From the NCBI GenBank assembly GCA_963555825.3, contig CAUVXB020000002.1, positions 1,568,001 to 1,632,000 on the forward strand: 64,000 bases of DNA, in the 5' to 3' direction. How positions within the stretch are numbered: the first letter of the stretch is position 1; each line of letters opens with the position of its first letter. This DNA comes from Alphaproteobacteria bacterium. GTDB lineage: Bacteria > Pseudomonadota > Alphaproteobacteria > JAAXGF01. Under the pieces are notes generated by a model that was not told the origin of the DNA, searched no databases, and was given only the letters and a program-made list of their open reading frames with translations. Below are positions 21,311 through 30,902 of this stretch, in pieces. The translations under genes and the position numbers were made by a program.

Positions 21311-22487
21311 ATACCAGTGAGCCTATGAAATCACCTTCATGATCCATGGATAGGCGCAGAGGGTTCGCATACGATCCGGTTCTGCGATGAGGTCGATCCA
21401 TGCTTGGCAACAGGCGTCGATGATGGCCTCGGTGTCGTCGAGGACGCGGAGCGATAGGAAGCGTTCGCGTAGGTAGAGCCAAACCCGCTCGACGGGGTTG
21501 AGTTCGGGACTGTAAGGCGGCAACAGCGCCAAGGTGACGTTGTCGGGGACGGTGAGGGCGCGCTCGTCGTGCCAACCGGCGCCGTCGCACATCATGACGG
21601 CGTGCGCATCCTGGTCCAGGGTATCGGCGAAGTGTGCGAGAAACAGGTCCATGACCTTGGCGTTGACGCTCGGCATCACCAGGGTGACGTCGTCGCCGGT
21701 GTCCGGGCGCACGGCGGAGAAGATGTAGGCCCACTGGTAGCCGATTTGACGCGTCCCGGGGGCACGCTCGCCCCTGCGCCACCACCGGTGACACACCCGG
21801 CCCTTGTTGCCGACGCGCGCTTCATCCTGAAACCACAGCTGTAGGCGCTTGTCGGGATGCGCCGCGGCGGTCGCCTTCAGGATGTCGCGAAGCCCCCTTT
21901 TTTGAAGCGCTCCTGCGCTTCGGCGTCCCTTCGCGGGTGGCTCGGGCGCGCCTTCTGGCGGGAAAATCCCATCCGCCGTAGAACCCGGGTCATGCTCGAG
22001 GGGTGGTAGGTCTTGGCGAAGCGCTCCTCCAGCCAGCGGCACAGATCGGCCCGGGTCCAGGCGCAAACCCCGTCGCGCTCAGGCTCCGGCCCGGCGATGA
22101 TGACCGCCGCCAGCGCCGCTTCCTCGTCTGCCGTCAGCCGCCGCGGCGAGTAGCCCTTTGGACGGTCGTGAAGCCCCTCCAATCCCTTTGCATTGTAACG
22201 AACAACCGCGTCGCGAAGCGTTTGGCGATCCATCCCCGCAAGCCGCGCGGCATCAGCCCGGGGCATCTCCTCCAAAGCATTCGCGATCCCATAGGCCCGC
22301 GCCGCCGCTCGACCGTACGATTCCACGCGAGCCCAGCGCCGAAGCTCCAAAGGCGTCAAATCATCCCGTATCTTGAGTGCTGATCCCATGACATCCCCCA
22401 CATCTGGTGGGAGACCATAGAATCACAATCCGCCATCATCCGCCATCAATGAATATCCCGAGAGTCAATTCAGGCGCTCACTGGTAT
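21311..22487 (-). mobile_element. IS630 family element
   Basis: Terminal IRs ATACCAGTGAGC / GCTCACTGGTAT. Confidence 0.9.
21323..22389 (-). CDS. IS630 transposase, two ORFs joined by a probable programmed frameshift
   Basis: HTH ORF then QDEAR, DGAGWH, LPPYSPELNPVE; slippery AAAAAAGGGGG at 21893-21903. Confidence 0.9.
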
Positions 22488-22573
22488 CAGGGTCTACAGA
22501 AAACTCACCTGATCCCGGTCGCGGCGTTTTCAGGAAATTCCATTGTCCCATGGTCTGGGAAGAGGAATTTGCG

Positions 22574-22741
22574 ATGCTAGGCCAGATGCTCATTGTTTAT
22601 TTCACCAACCGGTCGGGTGCTACCGCGATCGAGTACGGGTTGCTCGCCGCAGCCATGGCGCTGGCGCTCATCGCCTCGGTCTTCGCGCTCGGCGACGAGG
22701 TCGCGGCGCTGTACAACACGATCAAGATCGAGATCGAATAG
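22574..22741 (+). CDS. Flp/Fap family type IVb pilin
   Basis: SGATAIEYGLLAA prepilin motif; AGAGGA ribosome-binding site. Confidence 0.88.
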   Translation: MLGQMLIVYFTNRSGATAIEYGLLAAAMALALIASVFALGDEVAALYNTIKIEIE

Positions 22742-22865
22742 CGCCCCGTTGACCGATGATGCCGGTGTGGCGCGGGACCACCCGCCACGCGCTCAACCTG
22801 GTTCACGGCGCGCGGCCGGTGCCGCCAATCGCTGCCCACGACCGCCCGCATCAGCGCGGCGGTTT

Positions 22866-25175
22866 TTATTTTGACGTCATCGTCCAGATGCCGTCCCAGT
22901 CGTCGCCTGGCGGCGTCTCGCGAAGCTGCGCGCACCGCTCGACGTACATCTTGGATGGGAGGTCGTTCTCGTTGAGGCGCAGCGCGGTCTCGAAGATTGT
23001 GATCGCGTCGTCCCAGCGCTGGGCGCGATACTGTGCCAGCCCCTCACGGAAATGGCCGAGCACTTCGGCCAGATTGGGGAATGTCTCGGCGGTATGGAAG
23101 TCGAGCACTTCGTATACGCCGACCGGCTGCGTCTTGCCCTTGACGACGACGCGGTCGACCTCGCGGCTGCGATAGGTGCCGCGCAGGTTGTCGAATGTGT
23201 TCTCGCTGATCAGGATCTGGGCGCCGTATTGCTTGCACGCGCTCTCGAGCCGCGCCGCGAGGTTAACGCCGTCGCCGATCACCGTGTAGTCCATGCGCTT
23301 GGGCGAACCGATGTTGCCGGACACCACCTCGTCGGTGTTGATGCCGATGCCGATGCCGATCGGCCGCTTGCCGTCGCTGACGCGCCCGCGATTGTACGTA
23401 TTGAGCTCGGACATCATGGCGCAGGCGGTGCGCACCGCGCGGTCGTCGTCGTCGTCGTCGTCGTCGTGGGCGAAGGGGATGCCGAACGCCGCCATGATGG
23501 CGTCGCCGATGAACTTGTCCAGCATGCCGCCCTCTTGCTGGATGCAGTCGACCATGATGGTGAAATATTCGTTGAGCAGGGTGACCGTACCCTGCGCGCC
23601 GAGTTCCTCGGTCAGCGTCGTGAAGCCGCGCACGTCCGAGAAAAGCACTGTGACCGTGCTGCTCAGGCCGCCCAGGAGTTCCTCGCCGCCTTCCAGCAGC
23701 TTGGCCGCGATCGACGGGTCCATGTAGCGCGCCATGGTCGACTTCATGCGCTTTTCGGAGGAGATGTCCTCGATCATGATCATCGAGCCGAGCGTCTCCT
23801 CGTTGACGCTGCGCAGCGGCAGGACGTTCAGGTTGACCGACAGGGTCTCGTCGTCCACGACCATCTCGGCGTCCATGGCGAGGTCGCCCTCGCGGCTCTC
23901 CCGGACACGCTTGACGGTATCGAGGATCCAGGCGTTCGGGCCGGTGAAAAACGCTTCGGCCGGCTGGCCGACGACGTCGGCGGCGAGCACCTTCAACAGA
24001 CGCAAACCGGGGCGGTTGCAGGTGACGATCTTGCCACCCTCGTCCAGGGTAATGACGGTGTTCGACATGCTTTCCAGAATGCTCTCGTTGTAGTTCTTCA
24101 TGTTCTGCACATCGTCGAACAGTTTGGCGTTCTCGAGCGCGATCGAAACCTGGGCGGTGAACGCCTTGAGGCGCGATTCGTCCTCATCGGTGAACGGCCC
24201 GCCGCGCTTGTTCAGCACCTGCGTCACGCCGATCGACTTGCCGTTCTTGTTGACCAGCGGAACGCACAGGATCGAGCGCGTGAAGTAGCCGGTCTGCTTG
24301 TCGAGCGCCGGGTTGAACCGAAGGTCGGCGTATGCGTGTGGGATGTTGATCGTCTTGCCGGTGGTGAACGCGGTGCCGGCGATGCCCATGTGGTTGGGGA
24401 TGCGGATCTGCGTCGTGCCGAGGCCGCCGCCGACCTCCGACCACAGCTCATCGGTCTTTTCGTCGTTGAGGAACAGCGTCGAACGCTCGGCGTCGAGCAT
24501 GCGCGAGACCTCGCCCATGATCTTCTGCAACAGCGCGCCGAGCTGAATTTCCGACGACACCTCCGAGACGACATCGAGGAACTGCAGCTCCTGCGCCCGC
24601 GAACGCTCCATGCGCTCGATCGCCTGGCGACTCTGTAGGGCGCCGGCCGCCTGCGTGGCCATCACCTCGAGCAGTTCTCGATCATTTTCGGTGAATTTAC
24701 CCTTCGTCTTGTTCAGCGTCTGGGCGACGCCAATGATCTCGCCGGCCACGGTCTTTACCGGCACGCATAGAATGCTCTTGGTGACGAAACCGGTCTGTTC
24801 GTCGATCGAGGCGTCGAAATGCTCGTCCTTGTGGGCGTTCTGAACGATGGTGCTCTCGCCGGTCGTGAATACGTGGCCGGCGACGCCACGGGTGTTGAGG
24901 ATGCGGATTTCGCGTTTGAGATGGCCCTGGGCGACGCGCGAGTAAAGCTCGGCCGTCAGGCCGTCGTTGAGGAACAGGCTGGCGCGTTCTGCCCCCGTCG
25001 CTCCGGCGGCGAGGCCGACGAAGGTATTGAGCACGCCATCGAGCGTGCGGTCGGCGGCCACCTTGTGCGACACGTCGAGCAACAGCTCGGCGACGCGCAA
25101 CCGGCCCATGGCGTCGTCCGACGATTGAGCGCGCTTCCCCTTGCCCTCGACCGTTCGCCCGCTGTCATTCGGCAT
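22866..25175 (-). CDS. GAF-GAF-PAS class III adenylate/guanylate cyclase
   Basis: Two GAF domains (TGF/Y.T.SILCVP..NK), PAS, FSDVRGFT, DKFIGDAIMA, YTVIGDGVNLAARLE. Confidence 0.93.
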   Translation of the reverse strand: MPNDSGRTVEGKGKRAQSSDDAMGRLRVAELLLDVSHKVAADRTLDGVLNTFVGLAAGATGAERASLFLNDGLTAELYSRVAQGHLKREIRILNTRGVAGHVFTTGESTIVQNAHKDEHFDASIDEQTGFVTKSILCVPVKTVAGEIIGVAQTLNKTKGKFTENDRELLEVMATQAAGALQSRQAIERMERSRAQELQFLDVVSEVSSEIQLGALLQKIMGEVSRMLDAERSTLFLNDEKTDELWSEVGGGLGTTQIRIPNHMGIAGTAFTTGKTINIPHAYADLRFNPALDKQTGYFTRSILCVPLVNKNGKSIGVTQVLNKRGGPFTDEDESRLKAFTAQVSIALENAKLFDDVQNMKNYNESILESMSNTVITLDEGGKIVTCNRPGLRLLKVLAADVVGQPAEAFFTGPNAWILDTVKRVRESREGDLAMDAEMVVDDETLSVNLNVLPLRSVNEETLGSMIMIEDISSEKRMKSTMARYMDPSIAAKLLEGGEELLGGLSSTVTVLFSDVRGFTTLTEELGAQGTVTLLNEYFTIMVDCIQQEGGMLDKFIGDAIMAAFGIPFAHDDDDDDDDRAVRTACAMMSELNTYNRGRVSDGKRPIGIGIGINTDEVVSGNIGSPKRMDYTVIGDGVNLAARLESACKQYGAQILISENTFDNLRGTYRSREVDRVVVKGKTQPVGVYEVLDFHTAETFPNLAEVLGHFREGLAQYRAQRWDDAITIFETALRLNENDLPSKMYVERCAQLRETPPGDDWDGIWTMTSK

Positions 25176-25523
25176 CGTCCGTCTCCAACTGAGCGCGCAG
25201 CATCGCGATCGTCTGCTGCTGCTGGTTACTTTCATCACGGAAGCCGCGGCGGAGCTGCTGCACGGTGTCGTCGTGCGCAATCTTGCCGCGCTCGATCTCA
25301 TCGCGCAGCGCGCCGATCGCTCCCTTGAGTTGACCGATTTCGTCGTTCGCCTCGGCGACCGAGGTCTGCACGGCCTCGGCGCCGTCATGGCGCATTTGCT
25401 CGAGCTCATCACGCAATGCGTTGATGGCGGCCTTGAGCTGGAGGATTTCACCGTTGGCGTCGGCGACCGTCGCCTGGACGTTCTCGTCGTTCTCGGCGTG
25501 CAACGCCTCGAGCGTGTCGCGTA

Positions 25524-27177
25524 GGGTGTGGGTCTGTTATGGAAAATCTCAGTCATTGATTTAGTGCGTTTTTTGTGTCGAGACGAACGGCCGAAATCGG
25601 CTATTCGTGACAATGGGCCGCTCCAAGGCAGGATTTTGTTACGACGGCAGGGTCGAGCAGGGGAAGGTGGGAACGCTCCGCACCGCCAGAAGCGGTACGA
25701 TGCCGTGTCTCGAAACCCAACATCGGGAGCATTCCCATGGCAGTATCCCCGCCTCCGGCGCCTTCGTCCATCGATCTTTCCGGCCTGCCTCCTCGGGTCG
25801 TCGAGGCGGCCGCCCGGGTGCTCGCACTGTGTCGCGAGGAGCTTCGTTCCGAGCCGCGCCCCGAGGCGCCCGAGGAGGTCGAGTTGCGGGTGCGTGAGGC
25901 CACGAACGAGTTCGCTCGCGATGTCATGGGCGCCGTCATCGAGAACCGGGACGATGGCGCTTCCCGGATCGAGCGGGACGGGCAGAGCTGGTTCCGGGTC
26001 GCGGTGACGCCGAAGACGATCATGACCTCGCTCGGTCCGGTGACCTACCGGCGAGCGCGTTACCGCAGCGGCGCGAGCGGGGCATCGCCGGTGCCGGTCG
26101 ACGAGAGCCTGGGCCTCGTCGACGATTACCTGACGCGGCCGGCGGCCGAGCTCGGTCTGCTGATGATGGGTCACTGCACGGCCCGGGAAGCGGCGGCGTT
26201 CTTTGCGAAGACCGGCGCCATGACGCCGTCGGTGAGCACCCTGCAGCGCCTGACCCTGAGCATGCACGAATGCTGGGAGAGCCTCGGCCCGGAGACGCTG
26301 GGCAGCATCCGTGAGGCCGAGGGCATACCGCAGGACGCGACCACCGCCTCGGTCTCCCTCGACGGCGTCATGGTGCCGCTGAGACCCGGCGAGGACGGTC
26401 GCGCCAAGGCCTCCTGGCGCGAGGCTGCCTGCGGCACGGTCTCCTTCCACGACGCCGAGGGCAAGCGCCTGAAGACCCTCTATCTCGGCCGCATGCCGGA
26501 GAGCGGCAAGCTCACGCTGAAGGCGCAGCTTGCAAGCGAAGTCGCACACATCAGGCGAGCACGCCCCGAGATCGGGATCGTCGCTATCGCCGATGGCGCC
26601 GCCGACAACTGGACCTTCCTGGAGACCCTGTCGCCCGAAACCGAGGTGATCGACTTCTGGCATGCTTGCGAACATCTGCAAACCGCGTCCGACCATGCCG
26701 TGGCGCCCGGCTGGTTCGAGAAGTACCGCGAGATCCTCCGTCACGATCCCCGTGGCGTCGCCAAGGTGATCCGGGCGCTGCGCCACCTTCGCGATGCCGC
26801 CGCTGCGCCGGACCGGGCCGAGACCGAGCGGGAACTCGCCTTCTTCCGCAAGCATCGCCATCGCATGCGCTACCACGCCCTGAAGGAAGAGGGCATCGCC
26901 ATCGGCTCAGGCGTGGTCGAAGCTGCCAACAAGACCCTGGTGACACAGCGCATGAAGCGCTCCGGCATGCGCTGGCGGATCGTCGGCGGACAGGCTGTTC
27001 TGACCTTCCGCGCCCTGATCAAATCCGGCCGCTTCGAGCGGGCATGGAAGGCCCTGATCAGCGCAACCGACACACCGGCCAACGACAACATCAGTCCACG
27101 TGCAGCAGCCATGGCAATCGCTGCCTGAACTCAACGAACCAAGCCGCAGACATCACTGCCATGCGAGACTCGCACCC
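25524..27177 (+). mobile_element. ISKra4 family element
   Basis: IRs GGGTGTGGGTCT / GGGTGCGAGTCT; 8-bp TSD GTCGCGTA (25516-25523, 27178-27185). Confidence 0.88.
25737..27128 (+). CDS. ISKra4 family transposase
   Basis: SLDGVMV, ADGA, IDFWHACEHL, IGSGVVEAANK, RMKRSGMRW. Confidence 0.9.
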   Translation: MAVSPPPAPSSIDLSGLPPRVVEAAARVLALCREELRSEPRPEAPEEVELRVREATNEFARDVMGAVIENRDDGASRIERDGQSWFRVAVTPKTIMTSLGPVTYRRARYRSGASGASPVPVDESLGLVDDYLTRPAAELGLLMMGHCTAREAAAFFAKTGAMTPSVSTLQRLTLSMHECWESLGPETLGSIREAEGIPQDATTASVSLDGVMVPLRPGEDGRAKASWREAACGTVSFHDAEGKRLKTLYLGRMPESGKLTLKAQLASEVAHIRRARPEIGIVAIADGAADNWTFLETLSPETEVIDFWHACEHLQTASDHAVAPGWFEKYREILRHDPRGVAKVIRALRHLRDAAAAPDRAETERELAFFRKHRHRMRYHALKEEGIAIGSGVVEAANKTLVTQRMKRSGMRWRIVGGQAVLTFRALIKSGRFERAWKALISATDTPANDNISPRAAAMAIAA

Positions 27178-27397
27178 GTCGCGTAGCTCACCGATCGTCG
27201 TCTTGAGATGCTGGTTTTCGCTGTTCGCCTCGGCGGTCACCGCCTGAATGCTTCGGTCCTTCTCGAGGCGAAGCTGCTCGAGCGAGTCGCGCAATGCACC
27301 GACGGTGTCCGTCATCTGACGCAGCTCGGTCTGCGCGGCGCGCAGTCCATCTTTGCTGCCGTTCTCCCCCACAGACGTCTGCTCGATCCGCGCCATG

Positions 27398-28591
27398 TCA
27401 ATCGAACCACTGCATGGGCGAAGTGGTGACCAGCTCGGTGCCTTGGTCGGTCACGATGAGGTTCTGTTCGAAGCCCGCGCTGCCGACGCCCGTGCGGGCG
27501 AAGAACGCCTCGATGCCGATCACCATGCCGGCCTCGTAGATATCGTTCTCACTGCCCATTTGCACCGAAACGTAGGGCGGTTCGAAGAACAATCCGTTGC
27601 CGTGCCCGAACAGCGGGAACTTCTCGGCCGCCTGGTCCTTCTCGCCGCCGGCCTCGGCGGTTAGGCGCTCGCCGAGGCGCGCCGTGTCCATGACCGCGAC
27701 GCCGGGGCGGATCGCCTCGATCACCTGTTCGACGATCGACGCCGTCGTCTCGATCAGCTCGCGTTGCGAATTCGACGGCCGCCGGCCGACCACCGCGGTG
27801 CGGCCCGGGTCGAGCCAATAGCCTTGAAACATCGGTCCATAGGCCCAGCCGCGCACCAGCTCGCCGTCCTTCGGCGTCTCGTGGTTGAAGCCGGCCAGCG
27901 GGTCGGCGGTGAAATACCCGATCAACTCGCCGTGGCTGACCGGAATCATGTGGACGTGACCGCCGCCGCGGTACACCTCTCGCGCCGCCTCGCCAGCCGC
28001 CTCGGCCTCCGACTTGCCGGTCAGCAGGCCCTCGATCAGCGCGTCGAGGGCGCGCGTTGCGACGACGCCCGCCTGGCGGACGCAATCGAGTTCGCGCGGG
28101 CTCTTGACCCTGCGCGGCTCGAGCACGAGGTCATCGAGCGGTAGCCATTCGATACCCGGCGTTGCGCTCTCCAACTGGCGCCAGTACTTGAGCGGCAGGA
28201 AATCGGTGCCGACCAAGGCGACGCGGCCCGTCACATTTCGCTCGCGCAGGCTGTCGGCGACCGCCTTGATGGCGTTGCGGCTCCACGCCACCCGGTCGGT
28301 CGCGATCAGATCGGTGCGCGGCCAGGGTTCGTCGGCTTGCAGTTCGGGCGTCTCGCCGGTGCGCAGGATGACGGCCGAGAACGCGCGTGCGTTTGACAGC
28401 GGCGTGTCGTAGCCCTGCCCCGAACTGGTGCCGTAGAAATTGGTCAAATAGAGCACATCGCCGCAACGCTCGTAGCTGCCCCCCGAACGGCCCCAGACCA
28501 CGGCGGTCTCGAAACCCGCCTCGGTCATGCGCCGGTGAACACGCGCCCAGCGATCGTGGTATTCCTCGTCCGGAAAATAGGCCGCGACCAT
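27398..28591 (-). CDS. M24 (Xaa-Pro peptidase/creatinase) family protein
   Basis: VKSPRE, GYWLDPGRT, FGHGNGL, IE...GFE. Confidence 0.85.
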   Translation of the reverse strand: MVAAYFPDEEYHDRWARVHRRMTEAGFETAVVWGRSGGSYERCGDVLYLTNFYGTSSGQGYDTPLSNARAFSAVILRTGETPELQADEPWPRTDLIATDRVAWSRNAIKAVADSLRERNVTGRVALVGTDFLPLKYWRQLESATPGIEWLPLDDLVLEPRRVKSPRELDCVRQAGVVATRALDALIEGLLTGKSEAEAAGEAAREVYRGGGHVHMIPVSHGELIGYFTADPLAGFNHETPKDGELVRGWAYGPMFQGYWLDPGRTAVVGRRPSNSQRELIETTASIVEQVIEAIRPGVAVMDTARLGERLTAEAGGEKDQAAEKFPLFGHGNGLFFEPPYVSVQMGSENDIYEAGMVIGIEAFFARTGVGSAGFEQNLIVTDQGTELVTTSPMQWFD

Positions 28592-28712
28592 GCTCGTCCT
28601 CCCTCGCCGGCGTCGTTCGCAGCGCCGCTTTCGCCGATGCTACCACGCATCGACGGCGAGTTCAGCCCGCGCGCGTCACGACGCGGGTGGTGGCCGTGCC
28701 ATTCCTTTGTGC

Positions 28713-28885
28713 GGTCATCTTTGACTCGCGTAAAGCCGACCTGCGCTCAATCGCCGCGCATGCCGATCTTATGGTCTCAAGCCGATTTTATGGGATCAAG
28801 GTTGGCCGAACGGTCGGCGGCCCGCTTCTTGTCCCAATGAGACTGGCGCGGGTTGGTAAGTCCCAACCGATTCCATTGGTCGGAT
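28713..28885 (-). repeat. Structured intergenic repeat family B, copy 3
   Basis: Same conserved blocks with two longer internal inserts; overlaps the 3' end of the DUF1194 ORF. Confidence 0.85.
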
Positions 28886-29582
28886 TAAATTCTAGCCGGC
28901 CGATGACCGGCCGGTATTCGATCTCGCGCAGCAGTTTCTCGCGGATCGCCCTGCCGAAGTCGTCGATCGTCTCGGCCACCATGACGAAGGCGCCGAAGCC
29001 GCCGATCACCTCGCTTCGGTAATAGGCCGCGAGGTCGGGCTCCTCGCTGAGGATCGCCAAGCCGTTGACCGTGATGCCCTGGGCCGTCGCGGCATGACGC
29101 GCCTGACTGGGCGGCACGCTATGGTATCTGAAGGTCGTCTCGCGGCCGTCGCCCGAAACGTCGATGACCTGGCGCGGGCTGGTCAGGTCGTTGTACTCGA
29201 TCAGGCGCACGCTATAGAGCACGCCGCGGCCGATCCCGGTGCTGCCCTCGATGCGGCGCGGGAACGCCTCGACCAGGCGGGCGAAGGTCTCGGCGGCGGC
29301 CGGGCCGTCCAGCACGTGCCACGGCGTGGCGTCCTTGTAGCCCTCGGATTCGGCCCAGATCGCCACGCTGACGCCGATGCTGGCGGTTGGGCCCGAGCGG
29401 ATCGCCTCGAGCACCTCGGCGTCGCGGAAGGCGGCGGCGATGCCGGCCATCTGAAGCGCGAATTCCTGATCGCTGATCGAGCCCGAGGCGTCGACCGCCA
29501 GCACCAGCTCCAAATCGACCTGCGTTGCCGCGCGCACCGGCGCAACCGGCATCACCGCCGTGACGAGCAGCGCGGCGAGCAG
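28788..29582 (-). CDS. DUF1194 (vWA-like) protein; start uncertain
   Basis: VDLELVLAVDASGSI, IDVSGDG, TVNGLAI. Confidence 0.85.
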   Translation of the reverse strand: MLAALLVTAVMPVAPVRAATQVDLELVLAVDASGSISDQEFALQMAGIAAAFRDAEVLEAIRSGPTASIGVSVAIWAESEGYKDATPWHVLDGPAAAETFARLVEAFPRRIEGSTGIGRGVLYSVRLIEYNDLTSPRQVIDVSGDGRETTFRYHSVPPSQARHAATAQGITVNGLAILSEEPDLAAYYRSEVIGGFGAFVMVAETIDDFGRAIREKLLREIEYRPVIGRLEFNPTNGIGWDLPTRASLIGTRSGPPTVRPTLIP

Positions 29583-29635
29583 CGCGGTCTCCGCTGTAAG
29601 CCGTCGCGCGTGCCGGGAGGCGCGCCGCCCTGGCG

Positions 29636-29950
29636 TTATGACGAACTGCGGGTATATTGACGCGCCGTCATGCAGTTGGTGAAGGCTTCCTGCCGTTCGC
29701 CGAAACGCGCCGGATCGGAGCCGGGCGCCTGCACGCCGAGCGATGAGCTCGTCGTACTGCCGGTGAGCCGGCTGCTGTCGCTGGCCGCCGCCGACATGGT
29801 CATCGCGTCGGCCTGCATGGTGCATTCCGAGACGTCGTTGTCGATCTGCGCCTGGCTGGTGTTCGGCCGGGTCCAGCCGCCGCCCGTCGCGCAAGACGCG
29901 AGAAGCGCCAGGGCGGCGACGGCGGCGAGGTATTGTCGGCATCGGTCCAT
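29636..29950 (-). CDS. Small putative lipoprotein
   Basis: LLASC lipobox; D..EC and CM..R.Y cysteine pair. Confidence 0.75.
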   Translation of the reverse strand: MDRCRQYLAAVAALALLASCATGGGWTRPNTSQAQIDNDVSECTMQADAMTMSAAASDSSRLTGSTTSSSLGVQAPGSDPARFGERQEAFTNCMTARQYTRSSS

Positions 29951-30041
29951 GGGTACCCTTGGTGTTCGGGGTGAGTCTTCGTGGCGCGCCACATCGCCGC
30001 GAATGGTAGACGAAGCCGCCGGTTCTTGGCAAGGCGGCCGC

Positions 30042-30734
30042 CTATCCCGGCTTGTCGAACAGCGGCATGTCCTTGCGGCGCATCGGCACGATCAGAGCGG
30101 CGCCGACGGCGAAGCCGCCGACGTGGGCCCACAACGCGATCTGGCCGGCCTCGTTCGACAACACGAAGAGCTCGAACAGCTGGAGCGCGATCCAGCCGCC
30201 GAGCACGATGTAGGCGGACAGGCGCAGCGGGATCCACTTGATCACCAGGACCAGCACCTTGACCTTGGGATGGAGCATGAGATAGGCGCCGAGCACGCCC
30301 GAGACCGCGCCTGACGCGCCGATCACCGGCGATGCCGAGTCGCCGTTGGCGATGGCGTGCGCGAGGCCGCCGGCGACGCCGCAGACGAGGAAGAAGGCGG
30401 CGAACTTCACATGGCCCATCGAGTCCTCGATGTTGTCGCCGAAGACCCAGAGATAGAGCATATTGCCGATCAGGTGCAGCCAGCCCGAGTGCAGGAACAT
30501 CGAGGTGATCAGCGTCAGCTCGGCCGGCACCATGACCAGCGCCGGCTCGAGTTCGCGGCCGTCGAACAGCACCGCCGGGATCATGCCGAGACCGTAGACC
30601 AATTCGCCGGTCTCGGTCTGGCCCTCGGCAAGCTGCCACAGAAAGGCGACGACGCAGGCCGCGATGATGGTGACCGTGACGAATTGAAACGGGATGATCT
30701 TCAGCGGGTTGGCATCGTGCAGCGGAAGAAACAT
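30042..30734 (-). CDS. Rhomboid family intramembrane serine protease
   Basis: MFLH..WLHLIGNM, GASGA, AHVGGF. Confidence 0.93.
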   Translation of the reverse strand: MFLPLHDANPLKIIPFQFVTVTIIAACVVAFLWQLAEGQTETGELVYGLGMIPAVLFDGRELEPALVMVPAELTLITSMFLHSGWLHLIGNMLYLWVFGDNIEDSMGHVKFAAFFLVCGVAGGLAHAIANGDSASPVIGASGAVSGVLGAYLMLHPKVKVLVLVIKWIPLRLSAYIVLGGWIALQLFELFVLSNEAGQIALWAHVGGFAVGAALIVPMRRKDMPLFDKPG

Positions 30735-30902
30735 CGCTCTGGTCCGGTTGCCGGCGTGCCGCCAAATGATCGGCGCTTTCGGCGCGCCTGTCCAGCGACG
30801 CCCCCCGGGGCGCGATTCCGGTGCTTACGCCGGCCCGCATCGGTCTTATGATGAGCGGCACGGACGGCGCGCATTCGCGCCCGGCCCAGGGAGTGACGCG
30901 CC

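Larger units (their letters stand above)
21092..22512 (+). pseudogene. Small hypothetical protein (about 80 aa) interrupted by IS630
   Basis: Joining 21092-21309 to 22488-22512 gives ...SSFICSLRVYRKLT*. Confidence 0.6.
25165..27396 (-). pseudogene. 36-aa-repeat coiled-coil protein interrupted by ISKra4
   Basis: 27396-27178 joined to 25515-25165 gives an in-frame 189-aa protein whose stop overlaps the cyclase start. Confidence 0.85.

Noticed and set aside
22866-26876. 1336-aa ORF in the track
   Set aside because: Read-through of antisense ISKra4 sequence into the cyclase; the real start is at 25175.
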